Source of the DNA: Candidatus Hermodarchaeota archaeon
Lineage (GTDB): Archaea > Asgardarchaeota > Hermodarchaeia > Hermodarchaeales > Hermodarchaeaceae
Direction: 5' to 3'
DNA: 64,000 bases
Assembly (NCBI GenBank): GCA_016839805.1
Contig: JAEOTO010000006.1
Span: 64,001-128,000 of the forward strand
Shown here: positions 1-9,675 of the stretch, in pieces
Layout of the letters: each line of letters opens with the position of its first letter
Numbering within the stretch: the first letter of the stretch is position 1
Translations under genes and position numbers: made by a program
The notes under the pieces: model-generated
Databases searched by the model: none
What the model saw: the letters and a program-made list of their open reading frames with translations, nothing else
Told to the model about the DNA's origin: nothing

Positions 1-9
1 GTAAGCTCC

Positions 10-492
10 ATGGCATCCTCAACAACTGGCACAATAATTGGTGTAATCGTTGGCTTTTTCGCCTGCTTAGGCATCTCTTTTGGAATCTTGTATGCTGCTG
101 CTATGGGATTTCCACTTACAGGTCCTGGTCTTATACCGCCCAATGTTGCAGCTACCTTCCTTAGTCTACCCGTGTTGAATCAACTGCAAACAGTCTATAC
201 GGAGGTTCTCTTAAACATCCTCATTGTCTTCATCCTAGCGCCCATTGTCTGGCTCATTAGCGGGCTGATTGGAGGACTAATTGTCCGTGATATGATGAAA
301 GGGGCCGCTGCAGGGTTAATTGCGGCTATCATCGCGCCTTTCGTAACCCTGGCAATTAACTGGGTTATCGCTCCTGGATTAAACTTTGATCTTCTCCTCG
401 GCTGGGTTATCAATGCAATTCTAGCCGGGTTAATCGCTGCTGTCGGTGGAGTCATCGGTGGAACACTCACCTCCCGATTCGAAGCACACTAG
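10..492 (+). CDS. Small multi-pass membrane protein (Gly/Ala-rich, DUF5518-like)
   Basis: 160 aa, about 4 hydrophobic helices with GxxxG patterns (GLIGGLIV, AVGGVIGG). Confidence 0.75.
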   Translation: MASSTTGTIIGVIVGFFACLGISFGILYAAAMGFPLTGPGLIPPNVAATFLSLPVLNQLQTVYTEVLLNILIVFILAPIVWLISGLIGGLIVRDMMKGAAAGLIAAIIAPFVTLAINWVIAPGLNFDLLLGWVINAILAGLIAAVGGVIGGTLTSRFEAH

Positions 493-530
493 AGCCACAT
501 TAATAAACCCACATCCCAAGGCTCCATATC

Positions 531-1124
531 ATGCCTAAACCCAGGAGTTCCTACACTGTTTCTTTTGGACTCTTTGTTGGGGTGACTCTCTCCATTCTTG
601 TTTTTTTCTTGCAGTCAGCTTTAATCCAAACTCTTGTATACACCACATACGCAGGACTAATTGACGTTTTCCAATTATATGAATTAGCCTGGATTCTCGC
701 CACTATTGACTATCTTCTGAACTTTACTTTCATAATTCCATTAAGTCTCTGGATTGCGCTATCCATAGTAATAGCACTTCTCATTCGAAACATGACTGCA
801 ACTCTCACCACAATCAGTATAGGAATATTACTACCTGGTTGTATCTGGTTGCTCTTCACAATCAAATACGCTATTATCGCTGGGTTCACAATCAGCTTCA
901 TATTTTCCTTCGTCCTGTGGCATATAGTAGTACCCCTCACAATTACGCTAAGCATTGCTTCGCTGATTTCCCTTCCATTTTGGGCATTACAACGTCGTCA
1001 ACCTGATGTTACTACTGCACCAGCAACCATGAGCTTTGTCTGTTCACAGTGTGGCACCGAATACCGTTCTAAACCACTAATCTGTGTCCAATGTGGTGAA
1101 GAAGGTACAATCGAAGAAGCCTAG
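531..1124 (+). CDS. Membrane protein with C-terminal Zn ribbon
   Basis: 4 hydrophobic segments followed by CSQCG-x9-CVQCG. Confidence 0.8.
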   Translation: MPKPRSSYTVSFGLFVGVTLSILVFFLQSALIQTLVYTTYAGLIDVFQLYELAWILATIDYLLNFTFIIPLSLWIALSIVIALLIRNMTATLTTISIGILLPGCIWLLFTIKYAIIAGFTISFIFSFVLWHIVVPLTITLSIASLISLPFWALQRRQPDVTTAPATMSFVCSQCGTEYRSKPLICVQCGEEGTIEEA

Positions 1125-1190
1125 CATATGTTGCGGTTTTATTAATCGTTATTGTGATAATCTCAAAAAAACATTAAGTCTGTTGAGAAA

Positions 1191-1212
1191 AACATAAAGA
1201 CTTATTTATGTT
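1191..1212. promoter_or_regulatory. Palindromic operator-like site overlapping a TATA-like element
   Basis: AACATAAA-N6-TTTATGTT perfect inverted repeat about 20 nt upstream of the candidate ncRNA. Confidence 0.4.
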
Positions 1213-1230
1213 CTTTGGCGATTATTCAGT

Positions 1231-1377
1231 AGCCGGTAGGGCAAGCGACACAATTTTAAAAAACCGAAAACTCCTCATAGGCAGAATCCTCCCAAGGAGG
1301 CCTCAGGCCCGAGTCGTCCTCGCCCTCCAAAACAACATCCCTCCTCCCTCGACTGCCCTTCCGGCGTCATTTTTTTT
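1231..1377 (+). ncRNA. Candidate structured small RNA
   Basis: 5' GCCGGTAGGGCAAGCGA (1232-1248) pairs with 3' TCGACTGCCCTTCCGGC (1349-1365). GC-rich island in an AT-rich intergenic region, with a TATA-like element upstream and T8 downstream. Confidence 0.45.
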
Positions 1378-1424
1378 ATTATAATGATTTGACAAAATAG
1401 CGCGTAGCTACTAAATGAAACAGG

Positions 1425-2288
1425 TCAAGTGGCTACTGGTTTGGCGAGGATGTTGTTGGTAATTGCAAATTCTAAGACTTCAACGATAGCATATTCAGGT
1501 AATCCTAGTAGAAAGGCGATTGTTTTGACATCTCGTTTCCCATCGACTAGAAATAGAATGTCTCGAGCAAAGGGACCAAATTTATCATAGAGATTACCAC
1601 CCACAGGTGATCCTTTGTCGAGAGCGGCGAGTAGGGCCTCGCCTCCTTGTGGGACAAAGGTTAGATCTATTCGAGATTCTGGTGATGTGGGTGTTGGGGG
1701 AGGTATAGATTCGATGGATTCAACTGGTGGGGGTTCTAATGGTGGGGGAAGCGATTCTTCATCAGAAATAGGAGAAACTGGTTCTATCGGTATTGTTGGT
1801 TCTGGTGGTGTAGCTGGGACCGGAGTGGGTGGTGGAGTGGGGGGAGGTTCAGTTTTTGTCTCTGGTGGGAGTGTTTCTGGTGGAGGTGGAGCAGGTGTTG
1901 GTGTTGTAGGTTGTGGGGGAGGTGTAGGTTTGGGTTCAGCAGGAGCTACAGGCATGGTTTTTAAGATTTCCAGATCCAGCTCACGGAGAGCAAGAAGGGT
2001 AGCTTTGGTTTTTACTACAGCTATTCCTAGTGAGAGATTGGGTGGAAATAGAACTGCGAGTAACCAATTGTTAGCAATTTTTGATATAACTACGAGCCCA
2101 GCTTCGGTGTTGACTGTGAGCTGGCTTATTTGCCCCTTGTAGAGACTCACAGTCTGTTTTACCATGGCTTCGGTGTCTGGATCAAGTTTGCTTTGATAGA
2201 CGACATTATCGGGTGATATAATACAGAATGCTTTGACCATCCGGTCAAACCGAAGGTTATCAAGTGCCCGCTGGACATCCTCTGCCAT
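1425..2288 (-). CDS. Roadblock/LC7-like domain + Pro-rich linker + C-terminal winged helix
   Basis: N-terminal roadblock-like pattern (VKAFCIISPDNVVYQS...QLTVNTEAGLVVI...SLGIA), about 95-aa P/T/E linker, C-terminal LVDGKRDVKTIA wHTH. Confidence 0.75.
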   Translation of the reverse strand: MAEDVQRALDNLRFDRMVKAFCIISPDNVVYQSKLDPDTEAMVKQTVSLYKGQISQLTVNTEAGLVVISKIANNWLLAVLFPPNLSLGIAVVKTKATLLALRELDLEILKTMPVAPAEPKPTPPPQPTTPTPAPPPPETLPPETKTEPPPTPPPTPVPATPPEPTIPIEPVSPISDEESLPPPLEPPPVESIESIPPPTPTSPESRIDLTFVPQGGEALLAALDKGSPVGGNLYDKFGPFARDILFLVDGKRDVKTIAFLLGLPEYAIVEVLEFAITNNILAKPVAT

Positions 2289-2367
2289 TGCTAGAGCTAT
2301 ACCCCCGAATGCGCATTTTGACTATACGGTACTGGGAATTAGCGCTCTAAAATCTTTGCGCCTTTAA

Positions 2368-4098
2368 TTATTCAGTCATGTTAATGTTGACTTTCTCCCC
2401 ATTTCCATCAATAAATCCAAAACCTTTACGTTCTAATTGAATAATTGTGCCTGGTTTTACCTCTCGAATTGCGTGTTCTGCTATTCCCTCCACCTTCCGT
2501 AGACTCGAAGAATTCAATTCACCTTTAATAAAGAGAACATCGGGATAACGCAATTCCATAGGAATCGAGTCATCTATGACCCATTGAATTCTAAATTCCG
2601 CCTGATCTAAGTCATCCCCTGCATAACTACAGTATATTGCTTTCTTTGTTTTTCTTTGAACCTGAATATTATAGCCGTGTTTCAATCGGAATATGTCTCC
2701 ATTCTTCAGTCGATTTGCATCTTGTCCATCAATATAGACGCTGTCCTTTATTGTGATGGTTCGAGTTCCTCGGTCTTTGAAATCAGGATGAAAAGGAATC
2801 TTCGCTGTGTGAGGCTTTGCATTAGAAATCTCAACCAGACTGGGTTGTGTAACAGCATAATAACGGTTAGCAATCGGGTCAACCAAGCGGCGATTGATGC
2901 CCAGAAGGACAGACCAATCTAATACAGGTTGTGCGACACTCAGTCCGACTTCCCGAGTCATTTCCCTAATCGCTTCAGGTATAATCCCTCGCCGTCGAAG
3001 AGCGGCTAGTGTGGTTAGACGAATGTCGTTCCATCCACTGATGAATCCAGATTTTATCAATGGTCGAATCTTACGTTTACTGACAGGACTACCTTCAATG
3101 GTAAATCGCGACCATTCTTGAATTAGAGGTTGGGGCAACTGAAAGAGATCTCGAATATATGCTTGGAGTTCATCTCTACTTGCAAATTCGTTACTCCGCA
3201 GTATGTGGCTGATCCCATTGCGGTGATCTTCTAATGCATTAGCAAAGTCATAGGTGGGCCATAGTCGGTATTGGGTTCCTTGAAATGGATGGGGATAATC
3301 GATAATACGGAAAATGTTAGGGTCGCGCATTACTGCGTTTGGGTGGTTCATGTCCACGCGCAAGCGACACACAATTTCCCTTTCTTTATATTTTCCATCA
3401 ATTATCTTATCCCAAATTGCTACATTCTTGTCACCTATATCTTGGCGATGTGGGCAAGGTGTACCGGCTCGGCGACCTTCTTTGATGACATCTGCTTGGC
3501 AAGTGCAAAAATACGCTTCCTGGCGTTCGAGTAGTTCTCGGGCCTTTTCATAGAAGTATGGCATGTCATCGGAAACCTTTAGCTCTTCATCCCAATCAAT
3601 CTCCATCCATTGATAGCCTTTTTTGAAAGCTTCATAGTACTCTTTTTGGACGTTTCGCGGGTTGGTGTCTTCAAATCGGAGGATTAACCGACCCCTGTAT
3701 TTCCGCGCATAATACCAGTTAATGTACCCTGCGTATGCATGCCCAATATGTGGGTAGCCACTTGGTTCAGGGGGTAATCGCGTCACCACTTTTCTCATTT
3801 TCGCGTCTTGTAGAGCTGGAAGCTCTTTGACACGACGTTCCTTGGACGCTTCTAGCAAATCGGGAGCCAAGTCCTGCAGTTCAGCTATTTGGTCAGCCAG
3901 AGGTATCTTATTGACCTCAGTTACAATACGGTTTACCTGCTCAATGATATCCTGAGCTTGTGATCGCAATTCAGGTCGTTCTGCAAGTAACTTTCCAATC
4001 ACGGCTTGTGAATTTGCCGTTCCGTGGAATTTAATGGCATTCGCTAGACTATATTTTCGAATAATGGGTCCTACTGGTATTTTGGAATCTTTATTCAA
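2368..4098 (-). CDS. gltX: Glutamyl-tRNA synthetase (archaeal type)
   Basis: RLPPEPSGYPHIGH, LRFEDTNP, WPTYDF, VSKRK motifs; archaeal N-terminal domain. Confidence 0.97.
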   Translation of the reverse strand: MNKDSKIPVGPIIRKYSLANAIKFHGTANSQAVIGKLLAERPELRSQAQDIIEQVNRIVTEVNKIPLADQIAELQDLAPDLLEASKERRVKELPALQDAKMRKVVTRLPPEPSGYPHIGHAYAGYINWYYARKYRGRLILRFEDTNPRNVQKEYYEAFKKGYQWMEIDWDEELKVSDDMPYFYEKARELLERQEAYFCTCQADVIKEGRRAGTPCPHRQDIGDKNVAIWDKIIDGKYKEREIVCRLRVDMNHPNAVMRDPNIFRIIDYPHPFQGTQYRLWPTYDFANALEDHRNGISHILRSNEFASRDELQAYIRDLFQLPQPLIQEWSRFTIEGSPVSKRKIRPLIKSGFISGWNDIRLTTLAALRRRGIIPEAIREMTREVGLSVAQPVLDWSVLLGINRRLVDPIANRYYAVTQPSLVEISNAKPHTAKIPFHPDFKDRGTRTITIKDSVYIDGQDANRLKNGDIFRLKHGYNIQVQRKTKKAIYCSYAGDDLDQAEFRIQWVIDDSIPMELRYPDVLFIKGELNSSSLRKVEGIAEHAIREVKPGTIIQLERKGFGFIDGNGEKVNINMTE

Positions 4099-4146
4099 GT
4101 CTTGTCCGATCCTAGTTCACATATTTGTCAAAGTGTTGAGGCGCAC

Positions 4147-4755
4147 TTATGCTTTTTGTGGTTTTAAGGGAAGCGTCCGCTCTTCCATTATTTGATGTAG
4201 AAGTTTTGGATCTAAGGTGTGTAGCCACGAGATTTGCCCAACGACAAACTGATTTCCTTTTCCTGATAAAATTGCTTCGATGGCTTCTACTACTTCTTCA
4301 AGTGTTAGACTGGTGGTATCGACTTCGAAGACCTTGGAACTGTCATGGCGAGTCATTGCCTGAGCCGTGCATTCACTCAGTATTTCTGCTTGGATATTCT
4401 CCAAAATTTTCTCATGCGTCCAACCACGTTGAAGCAGTCGTTGGGTTAAGACAACAGGATTACACCGCAATACTACTATCAATTCCAGAAATTCAACAGG
4501 TACTTCATCAGCAAAATGGCCAACAGCGATATAACGCTCATCTGCCTTACGAGCCAGATCAACGAGAAAATGTCGCAGCTGATCAACATCTACTATGAAG
4601 GTATCTCGCTCCTGATCTCTTCCTAGGAGCAGTTGTTTCTGTTTTGCAAGGTCACTGAGCTCTAGGATTTGAGCATTAAGGCGCTTAGCTAATAGTTGAC
4701 CTACTTCGGTTTTACCAGTGCCAGGAGTTCCTGAAATCGCGAGTATGCGGTTCAA
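4147..4755 (-). CDS. AK6/Fap7-like adenylate kinase
   Basis: ISGTPGTGKT P-loop, VVLRC.P..L..RL..RGW...KI.ENIQAE, EVDTT. Confidence 0.9.
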   Translation of the reverse strand: MNRILAISGTPGTGKTEVGQLLAKRLNAQILELSDLAKQKQLLLGRDQERDTFIVDVDQLRHFLVDLARKADERYIAVGHFADEVPVEFLELIVVLRCNPVVLTQRLLQRGWTHEKILENIQAEILSECTAQAMTRHDSSKVFEVDTTSLTLEEVVEAIEAILSGKGNQFVVGQISWLHTLDPKLLHQIMEERTLPLKPQKA

Positions 4756-4908
4756 TCTGCTTCACCAATTGGCTTTATGTGTATAACATGAAGTAGCTCA
4801 TTAGATCCCATATGATTCTGGGAAAATACTTGATAAGGCTAATGCCCAGAACGCAAAAACACCTTTTTTATTACTGCATCTATGCTGAAAATCTTTTCAC
4901 AAAAAGTT

Positions 4909-5094
4909 TTACCGGTTCTCCCTTTCGTAGTCCTCGAGGGCTGCTAATTCACGTTGAAGGCGAATTCGATGAGGACCTGTTGAGGCTGCAATGGCTTGGC
5001 GAAGTAAACGTTTCTCCCGGCGAATATCCCGGTGAGGAAACTCGTCACGGGATCTTGAATGACCTCGTACAACCTCTATATAATCTGTGCTCAC
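4909..5094 (-). CDS. Small basic hypothetical protein
   Basis: 61 aa, GTG start with GGTG upstream and TTTAAATA about 35 nt upstream; co-oriented with both neighbours. Confidence 0.45.
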   Translation of the reverse strand: MSTDYIEVVRGHSRSRDEFPHRDIRREKRLLRQAIAASTGPHRIRLQRELAALEDYERENR

Positions 5095-5170
5095 TTATCT
5101 TGCACCGACTAAAACCACGAATGGAGCTATTTAAAACCAGAGAGGGGTTCGTATAAGTAAAGAAGGGTCA

Positions 5171-5836
5171 TTAAGGTTCTTCTGGCACCTGATAACGAGT
5201 GCCACCTAAAAAGCTCTTCTTTTTAACTACCATTTTCTTAGCAATCAATGCATCAAGAGTCAGCTGCACCCGTATTTGAGGCCATTGAGTGGACAGCATA
5301 ATTTGTTCTAGCGATACTTTTCCTGATTTTCGTGCTGCGATATCAAGAATAGTGGCTTCATCTTCGCTGAGAAACTCATCATGTAATTGCACGACAAGAG
5401 TTCCTTGTACTTCGGAGATGTGCAGTACTTTTTCGTTTTTGAGCTTCTTTAGAACTTTTTGAAGTTCTTTACTCGAGAGTTTACTATACTGGTCGATTGC
5501 ATGAATTTGAGTGTATAAATCCGCTGCTGTTAGAGGTGCCTTGGTTTTTTTGCCGGTAGAGTCAGTTGCTAATAAGTGCACAATTGATTCTTCTAGAGTT
5601 TGGGGGAGCTGGATTTCGATATGGAATTCTTCTTTCAGTTGCTTGAGCTGTGGTTCAATATCGGAAAATAATTGGGTTTTCGAAGGGGCTTGGCTGTCGA
5701 GTTCTTCGAGTCGGGTACGAAGCTCTGTATCTTTGGTAGGATCACCTGCTTCGACTTTTTTCTTCAATCGTTTGCCGAATCGCTGAAAGGCTTCATCAAG
5801 GTCATCTTGGTTATCTTGTTCAGCAGGCATTGACAT
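5171..5836 (-). CDS. ESCRT-II Vps22/Vps36-like (EAP30) tandem winged-helix protein
   Basis: Two wHTH-like units; LSEDEATILDIA...GKVSLEQIM..TQWPQIRVQLTLDAL resembles the EAP30 C-terminal WH. Confidence 0.65.
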   Translation of the reverse strand: MSMPAEQDNQDDLDEAFQRFGKRLKKKVEAGDPTKDTELRTRLEELDSQAPSKTQLFSDIEPQLKQLKEEFHIEIQLPQTLEESIVHLLATDSTGKKTKAPLTAADLYTQIHAIDQYSKLSSKELQKVLKKLKNEKVLHISEVQGTLVVQLHDEFLSEDEATILDIAARKSGKVSLEQIMLSTQWPQIRVQLTLDALIAKKMVVKKKSFLGGTRYQVPEEP

Positions 5837-5987
5837 AACTCCCAGGGATTACTTCATTTACTCTAAGAAGTGTCACACTTTTAAAGAATTGGAGCTGTGA
5901 CCTCCTTTTAGTGCAGTGATGGGGTTGATTGAGAAATACCCAATGCAAAACCATTAACGTCTTTTCCCGACATCAGGAATTAAATTA

Positions 5988-7388
5988 TTATGGTAATAAC
6001 CATCGGCGTAAACTGGATATTATTGGAATGATTAGTAACCCAGGTTCTGTGGAATCAGTGTAAACAGAATGTACGGGGTGTTCTTTTTTGCTAACTAGTG
6101 TATTTTTCATACCAAATGAAGCAGTTGGTGGACACTCTAGTGATCTGCTTGTTGGCATTCGTAGAGAAATAGCAGAGCCAATCAAACCTGGGGTCGAGTT
6201 TCCAGGCGGAGTTACATTGACCCATACTTGGGGGAACCGGAACCAAAGGTTGGTTATATTCTGTTTCCAGTCAATATCACGAGGAGTATGAATCGTGATA
6301 TCGGCTTTGGGGAAATGCATGGGCTGGTCTAATATTGTTCCTGTATACCCTGACTGAAGGAAGTATTCGTTATCAGGTGTCGTAAAATCTAGGAGACAGA
6401 ATGAGGAATTTGTGAATGTCGTTACATTGAGATCAAAGACTAATCCCCAAGAGGTGTTGGCTGACAAGGCGATATCGAAGTTCGCATGAAACCCAAGGTG
6501 AGTTTCATTGTCTACAGCTGGTGTTAGGTCCCCACCTGTGGGTCTTCCCACTTGGATTACATCATCAAGTGTAATATTCGCTATCAGAGTCGTTTCATTG
6601 TAGATCTGTTTTGGGAAAAGGAGGGTGCAATTACCATAGTTATATTCGTTAGTGTCAGGTCCCGTATTGAACGTGACGTTGCAATGGACTATGGTTGGTG
6701 TATTGTAGATGAGAGTATCGTTTTCCATGGAAATTGTGAAGTTGAAAGAGAACAAGTCACTTAGGGCATCCTCAGCTAGGAAGGTGTTGTCACTACTGTT
6801 GAGATAAAAGTCCCAAAATAGTGACCAATAGCCTGTCATCTGAGGTCCACCTACGAGGGGGATCTCAGGGTCATCCTCTAAGAAATTCGGATTTATCCAG
6901 TTAACTGAATATTCCACACTATTTGCATCAGTGTTTGGCACAATATTATACTCATTACCATAATAATCGTAAAAGACAGTAAATTCCGGAAAGGTGAAAT
7001 TCACTTCTGGTTCTTCGAAAACACGCTGAAACGTAACATTTAGTGGCTGATTACCTGTATGCGTACCAGCACCATACCGGCTTCGTAGATAATCAACGTT
7101 CACTTGACCCGTTTCATTGATGAAAATGAAAAAATTATCCTGTTGCAGGATTTCAACTCTGCCTGGGTCAAGCTCTGGAGGTGGGGGAACATATCTTGGC
7201 CAAAGAATGATGGCACCTGTAATAATGATAATAAGAACTGCAACTATAAGACCGCTGCGTATCCATCCAGGCATCCGTTGGACTCGGTATCGTTCTTGGC
7301 GTTCTCGTTTGCGCTGTAGTTTTTCAGGAATACGTTCCAAACGTTTCTTTTCTTTACGTTTCTTGTCTTTCCGTCGTCGAGACACCAC
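5988..7388 (-). CDS. Type II membrane-anchored surface glycoprotein
   Basis: K/R-rich N-tail, one TM helix, beta-rich ectodomain with 17 N-x-S/T sequons (hand count). Confidence 0.8.
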   Translation of the reverse strand: MVSRRRKDKKRKEKKRLERIPEKLQRKRERQERYRVQRMPGWIRSGLIVAVLIIIITGAIILWPRYVPPPPELDPGRVEILQQDNFFIFINETGQVNVDYLRSRYGAGTHTGNQPLNVTFQRVFEEPEVNFTFPEFTVFYDYYGNEYNIVPNTDANSVEYSVNWINPNFLEDDPEIPLVGGPQMTGYWSLFWDFYLNSSDNTFLAEDALSDLFSFNFTISMENDTLIYNTPTIVHCNVTFNTGPDTNEYNYGNCTLLFPKQIYNETTLIANITLDDVIQVGRPTGGDLTPAVDNETHLGFHANFDIALSANTSWGLVFDLNVTTFTNSSFCLLDFTTPDNEYFLQSGYTGTILDQPMHFPKADITIHTPRDIDWKQNITNLWFRFPQVWVNVTPPGNSTPGLIGSAISLRMPTSRSLECPPTASFGMKNTLVSKKEHPVHSVYTDSTEPGLLIIPIISSLRRWLLP

Positions 7389-7585
7389 AAACTACCTACC
7401 TTTCTTGGCGAGACCGTCGTGTATGTTTCTATATTTCAACCTTACGGCTACGGTAAGCGAAGTGAACTACGGTTTTATTATTTTGCTTTCGATTATGAAA
7501 TGAGCCATCAGAAAATTTAAATGACCCACTGTGAACTGAGGTCGCGCCATCTAAAACTATGATCCATAGAATCTAAGAGTGTGAA

Positions 7586-7954
7586 ATGTTCATGTCTGAA
7601 GAAGAAAAGCCCTCCGAAGAAACCCCGAAAGAACCCACAGCTGAAGAACCTAAAGACGAGCAAGAGGTATTAGAGCCAGAAGAAGATAGTGATGACATCG
7701 ACGAGGAGCCAATCAAGGAAAAGAAGACTAAACCGAAGAAGACTTCAAAGCAACGGGCAAAATTGACTGTTCTCCAGGCGGCAGTCTTAGAAACTGTTCG
7801 TGAACGACCACAACGTCCACGTGCCATTCAGACCATTATCTATAGTGCGGGTGGTGTAGAGATTCCACGAAATGAAATCATTCGTTCCCTAAATGAATTA
7901 CGTGCAAAGGGTCTTGTTGATAAAGTCTCAGCAAAAGCCTGGCAAGCGAAATAG
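7586..7954 (+). CDS. Acidic-tail winged-helix protein
   Basis: E/P/D-rich N-terminus, then LTVLQAAVLETVR...EIIRSLNELRAKGLVDKV wHTH. Confidence 0.75.
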   Translation: MFMSEEEKPSEETPKEPTAEEPKDEQEVLEPEEDSDDIDEEPIKEKKTKPKKTSKQRAKLTVLQAAVLETVRERPQRPRAIQTIIYSAGGVEIPRNEIIRSLNELRAKGLVDKVSAKAWQAK

Positions 7955-7971
7955 TCACGGTAATACAGGTT

Positions 7972-9510
7972 CTATTTCTTCTTTCCTTTTAATTCAGCGA
8001 GTGCTCGTTCTGCAATATTCATCGCTTTTTGGTATTTTTTCTCAGTTTTTTCTAATTCAATTTGCAGTTTCCGAATCCGGACAGCTAACTTGTTATTTTC
8101 ATCTCGAAGTTGATGGAGTTTTTGTTCAGCTGCTTGGAGTTCGGTTCGTAAGGCATGAACATGTTGTGGGGCTTGACCCCCGTTGGCATCAGCACTAAGC
8201 TGTTGGAAACGTTCAACAGCCGCTTTAATTCGTCCTGCAAAATCTGTTCGGAGACGTATTCTGCGTTTTTCAAGCTCCTCAAGGGTTTGTGGTTCAGCGA
8301 AATCCAGAGGATTAAAGCCTGTGGCACCATGTGTTGTTTCACGGGCGCGAACATCAAGAATTACAGGGACCTGTACCGCATCACCAGCAATAACGGCTTG
8401 ACCCGTATCAAGGCGTTGGATATCTTCACCCCAATCCTTAGAGATGCCTTCTGTACTTGTTACAGTGATATCCACATCTCTGACATCAGTAAGTTGATGA
8501 ATGATCCATGTGCCTACTTGACTGCGAACTGTAGTATCTAGGAGCTGTGGTTTCTGAGTGATTACTACTAGATTAGCTGCAAATTTTCTTCCTTCTTGGG
8601 CAATGAGCCGCATCATGCCGGTTGTTGCGGCTTTTCCTCGGTTTGGTGCGAGAAGATGTGCCTCATCGACAAAACAATAGAAGGGTGGTATTTCACGATT
8701 TACTGCGGCTTGATACAGGTCATTTAATATTTCCTGGGATAGCGCTTCTTGAATACCTAAATCTAATCCTCGGAAGTTGATAATCGTTCCTTGACCAGAG
8801 ACAATCAAATCCTTTGGGTGAGTTCCAAGAAGAGCTTCGATAGGAAGGTCTGCGCCAGGATTTGCATGCAGATCAGCAAATTCAATGACGCTCATCTCAT
8901 AACTTCGTGGTTCCACATTAAACCGTTCATTACCCTCCTCTGCAGGAATCTTCAAACTAGAATACTCGCCATGTCGGTCCAAGACAACTATCGGAATTCC
9001 TTTCTTCAAGAATTCTTCCATAATCACCGCAGTGGTGTAACTCTTTCCACTACCCGTTTTTCCAACAATAAATAATCGACCGAGCTGTTTAACAGGTAAA
9101 CGTACAGGAACTGTATGGTCTGAAAGTTGACCTGCATACACTGACTCCTCAATAGGGATATCGATGCCTAAGGCTGCGCTAACAATTCGTGGGCTGGCCT
9201 TATAGACTAACATCTCAGGATTAAAAGGTGTCCGAGGCATCGGACCAACAACACTACACTGTCCAGTAGTTTTCCCTTTCTCGCGCCATAATTCCTTACA
9301 GAGGAGCAAATACTCTTCGCCCTGATGTGTAATTGAGAGAAAATCATTTCGTCCTACTTCTCCCGGCTTCGTTACCTGAATTCTAAGTGTATGTGTCGTC
9401 GTTTTACCGATGATTTCAGCGACTGGATCCATTTTCTCAGCCTTGGCTGATAAGGCTGAAGAGTTCTCGATCTTAGTAGGTGGTTCATCAGGTGGATTTG
9501 AAGACATCAA
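7972..9510 (-). CDS. HerA-like (DUF87) ATPase with C-terminal coiled coil
   Basis: HAS-barrel-like N-terminus, Walker A GKTGSGKS, Walker B FVDEAH, EGRKF arginine finger, TQKP. Confidence 0.9.
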   Translation of the reverse strand: MMSSNPPDEPPTKIENSSALSAKAEKMDPVAEIIGKTTTHTLRIQVTKPGEVGRNDFLSITHQGEEYLLLCKELWREKGKTTGQCSVVGPMPRTPFNPEMLVYKASPRIVSAALGIDIPIEESVYAGQLSDHTVPVRLPVKQLGRLFIVGKTGSGKSYTTAVIMEEFLKKGIPIVVLDRHGEYSSLKIPAEEGNERFNVEPRSYEMSVIEFADLHANPGADLPIEALLGTHPKDLIVSGQGTIINFRGLDLGIQEALSQEILNDLYQAAVNREIPPFYCFVDEAHLLAPNRGKAATTGMMRLIAQEGRKFAANLVVITQKPQLLDTTVRSQVGTWIIHQLTDVRDVDITVTSTEGISKDWGEDIQRLDTGQAVIAGDAVQVPVILDVRARETTHGATGFNPLDFAEPQTLEELEKRRIRLRTDFAGRIKAAVERFQQLSADANGGQAPQHVHALRTELQAAEQKLHQLRDENNKLAVRIRKLQIELEKTEKKYQKAMNIAERALAELKGKKK

Positions 9511-9675
9511 AATTACCTCATGCGTGTAAAGCCTTTGAAAGCACGCCCTTATAGACTTCGCGTGCTATGAAAAGCTTCATCTTTTTCGACCATTTTCTCG
9601 TAGAGAACCAAATGAGCTTCGCTTCTCCTACATCAATTGCATTAACACCTTGATGACGTAAATTCCTATAGTCAG

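Noticed and set aside
1615-2142. Gly-rich 175-aa ORF on the + strand
   Set aside because: Antisense shadow of the Pro-rich linker of 1425-2288.
4812-5156. 114-aa + strand ORF
   Set aside because: Overlaps the better-supported minus-strand small ORF, opposes the local gene direction and has no motif.
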